DNA of 64,000 nucleotides from Escherichia coli (GTDB lineage Bacteria; Pseudomonadota; Gammaproteobacteria; Enterobacterales; Enterobacteriaceae): NCBI RefSeq assembly GCF_003334765.1, contig NZ_QOWT01000023.1; one strand, 5' to 3'. Shown piece by piece: positions 63,038 to 64,000 of this stretch (position 1 is its first letter; each line of letters starts with the position of its first letter). The notes under the pieces were generated by a model. It saw only the letters and a program-made list of their open reading frames with translations, ran no database searches and was not told where the DNA came from. The position numbers and the translations under genes were made by a program.

Positions 63038-63180
63038 TTAAGCAGCCATCTGATGATATTTTTCCCTGAAGGCTGCCGGGGAGATATTCCCCAGACGAGA
63101 GTGACGACGCTGACGATTGTAGAAAATCTCAATGTATTCCCGTATTACTGATATGGCTTCATCCCGGTTATTAAAACGAT
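63038..63180 (-). pseudogene. IS3-family transposase OrfB, C-terminal fragment
   Basis: Hand translation of the minus strand gives ...EAISVIREYIEIFYNRQRRHSRLGNISPAAFREKYHQMAA*, the conserved C-terminal end of IS3-family transposases. Confidence 0.55.
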
Positions 63181-63196
63181 GTAAGCGTCAACGGAG

Positions 63197-63600
63197 GTAA
63201 GCGTGCAGCAAGAACCGTATTGACGGGGATGTGTTATTCAGTCGGCAGTGCTACGCGCCAGGGGAGCAGTTCGCCGACCCGGTTTATCGGCCAGTCGGCT
63301 ATGACGTCAAGGACATAGCGGAGGTAGCTTTCTGGCTCCACTCCGTTCAGTTTGCACGTCCCGATCAGGCTGTACAGCAGCGCTCCCCGCTCTCCTCCAT
63401 GATCCGAACCGAAGAACAGGTAGTTTTTGCGGCCCAGACTGACCATCCGCAACGCATTTTCAGCGATGTTATTGTCCGCCTCAGCCCAGCCATCGTTCGC
63501 ATAGTACGTCAGCGCCGGCCACTGGTTCAGGGCGTATGCGAACGCTTTCGCCAGTTCTGAGTGTCGCGACAGGGTTTTCATCTTTTCACGCAGCCAGCTT
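63197..63600 (-). mobile_element. IS66-family right-end fragment (IR plus transposase C-terminal 115 codons, 63234-63581), near-duplicate of 51824-52208
   Basis: First ~230 bp are identical to 51824 onward; the protein differs from the 51858-52208 product at 5 of 115 residues; preceded by a 16-bp IR stub GTAAGCGTCAACGGAG at 63181-63196. Confidence 0.75.
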
Positions 63601-63602
63601 TC

Positions 63603-63830
63603 GTAAGCGTCAACGGAGCACCGTATTGACGCTTATTTATTGGTGAGTACTACGTTCCATGGCAGGAGTTCGCCAACTCGGTTGGAAGGCCATTCCGGCA
63701 GTACGCTCAGAATATGGCGCAGATACGCTTCCGGATCGATACCGTTCAGACGGCAGGTGCCGATCAGCCCGTACAGCAGTGCACCACGCTCGCCGCCGTG
63801 ATCGCTACCGAAGAACACGTAGATGATATG
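63603..63830 (-). mobile_element. IS66-family right-end fragment, different isoform (IR plus last ~61 codons of transposase, 63633-63818)
   Basis: IR GTAAGCGTCAACGGAGCACCGTATTGACGC; ...FFGSDHGGERGALLYGLIGTCRLNGIDPEAYLRHILSVLPEWPSNRVGELLPW... Confidence 0.7.
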
Positions 63831-63880
63831 ACCTTTATATACTCACTATAGCATTGGTGGGATATTCCAGAGGAGGTCAT

Positions 63881-64000
63881 CATGCATTCGGAAAATATTG
63901 CGGCTTACGTCGGGCTGGATGTGCATAAAGAAACGTTGGCGGTTGCTATTGCTGCACCTGAACGGCTTGGCGAAGTTCGTTATTATGGTACGATTAACAA
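63881..64000 (+). CDS. Partial CDS (N-terminal 40 codons), probable IS110-family transposase, continues beyond the window
   Basis: MHSENIAAYVGLDVHKETLAVAIAAPERLGEVRYYGTIN resembles the IS110-family N-terminus (VGLDVHK...AV); preceded by a GGAGG SD. Confidence 0.45.

Overview
Escherichia coli chromosomal segment matching the K-12 ybjL-clpA region in conserved order (rybB, ybjL, ybjM, grxA, ybjC, nfsA, rimK, ybjN, potFGHI, ybjO, rlmC, artJ, artMQIP, ybjP, ybjQ, amiD, ybjS, ybjT, ltaE, poxB, hcr-hcp, ybjE/lysO, aqpZ, ybjD, ybjX, macAB, cspD, clpSA). All calls come from reading the supplied ORF translations and the sequence by eye; no searches were run, and K-12 lengths and coordinates are from memory. 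Left end (1-3.9 kb): a degraded P2-like prophage tail module (sheath fragment, tape-measure fragment, gpU, gpD, ogr) ending beside the sRNA rybB. Right end (41.8-64 kb): a mosaic genomic island that starts exactly where serW tRNA should sit; only the last ~14-20 nt of the tRNA and its terminator remain, next to an orphan type I-F CRISPR mini-array (2 repeats, 1 spacer, no cas genes). The island carries a P4-family integrase, an alpA plus P-loop protein operon, an AT-rich 620-aa orphan ORF, a putative replication module (GATC-rich AT-rich region, HUH Rep-like protein, AEP-primase/SF2-helicase fusion), a phosphoribosyltransferase gene remnant cut by IS66, a dense IS cluster (IS66, IS3-family, IS200, IS1, IS2, IS110-family) and an intact SPATE serine-protease autotransporter. 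The best candidates for an undescribed system are the 620-aa orphan and the primase-helicase with its PRTase remnant.
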